Shown here: piece after piece, positions 63,721 to 64,000 of the stretch
How positions within the stretch are numbered: the first letter of the stretch is position 1
How the letters are laid out: each line of letters opens with the position of its first letter
Assembly (NCBI GenBank): GCA_020633335.1
Contig: JACKDU010000002.1
Span: forward strand, 506,730-570,729
Direction: 5' to 3'
DNA length: 64,000 bases
DNA from: Myxococcales bacterium
GTDB lineage: Bacteria; Myxococcota_A; Polyangia; Nannocystales; Nannocystaceae
The notes under the pieces: model-generated
What the model saw: only the letters and a program-made list of their open reading frames with translations
Told to the model about the DNA's origin: nothing
The model's database searches: none
Program-made: the position numbers and the translations under genes

Positions 63721-64000
63721 GTTCGAGGCGAGCGATGACAGCGACTCGCCAAGTCGCCCTCTTCGACACAACCACACAACGTACCGTGCAACACACTTCT
63801 GATCTAGAGCCAGAGAGGGGCCGTCACGGCAACAGGCTCCCCGCTCCCGCGCCGCGAGACAATACATGTCCCTTTGGCCAGATCGCTGCCCAAGCTCGCC
63901 GACGATCCTCCTGGTCAAAGAGACATCGTCCCCAGCGCGCCGCGCGGGCGAGGAGGTCGGGGTCACTGTGAGACGCGCGTCGTGGGCTCGCCGACGATCA

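Noticed and set aside
63580-63971. Low-GC segment as a prophage or island boundary with a real ORF (63735..63971 + or 63625..63966 -)
   Set aside because: Neither ORF has a domain, signal or sensible start context, and the window ends here. I reported the compositional anomaly but did not call a gene or a mobile element.

Overview
The window is a very high-GC (about 70-72%) chromosomal segment with the coding style of a myxobacterium. Third codon positions are GC-saturated. TTG and GTG starts are frequent. Many genes carry lipoprotein signal peptides with a lipobox Cys. One protein carries 'Myxococcus cysteine-rich repeats'. Long low-complexity antisense ORFs are frame artefacts of the GC content.

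Recognisable housekeeping genes are thrC, mnmG, a cobA-hemD fusion, ffh, the pdhA-pdhB-E2 operon, bioB, trmA, a TrpB2-type trpB, manA and a Rieske/cytochrome b-c bc-complex operon. These are interleaved with lineage-specific secreted, lipoprotein and membrane genes.

No rRNA, tRNA, CRISPR array, transposase or integrase could be supported.

The most system-like unexplained loci are the following.
- A translationally coupled PilZ / sigma-28-like sigma factor / lipoprotein / atypical long Hsp70 / HPD-less J-like / membrane-protein operon at 10.8-16.8 kb.
- A sphingolipid-flavoured module at 41.0-44.5 kb: an S1P-lyase-like PLP enzyme, a free PCP/ACP-like carrier with a long N-terminal extension, an SDR and a small Cys-rich secreted protein. 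A DAGK/sphingosine-kinase-family lipid kinase, an acyltransferase and a cytochrome-b5-fused front-end desaturase lie elsewhere in the window.
- A cluster at 59.4-63.6 kb: a Cys-rich-repeat/fibrinogen-domain lipoprotein, a DUF2723 (TMEM260-like, O-mannosyltransferase-like) membrane protein and a Cys-rich lipoprotein. Several nearby lipoproteins carry Ser/Thr-rich linkers.
- Two diverged, inverted paralogous FG-GAP beta-propeller lipoproteins bracketing a 25 kb block.
- A duplicated terminator hairpin downstream of ffh.
- In-frame 18-bp tandem repeats in two lipoprotein genes.
- A conspicuous low-GC island at the window end.
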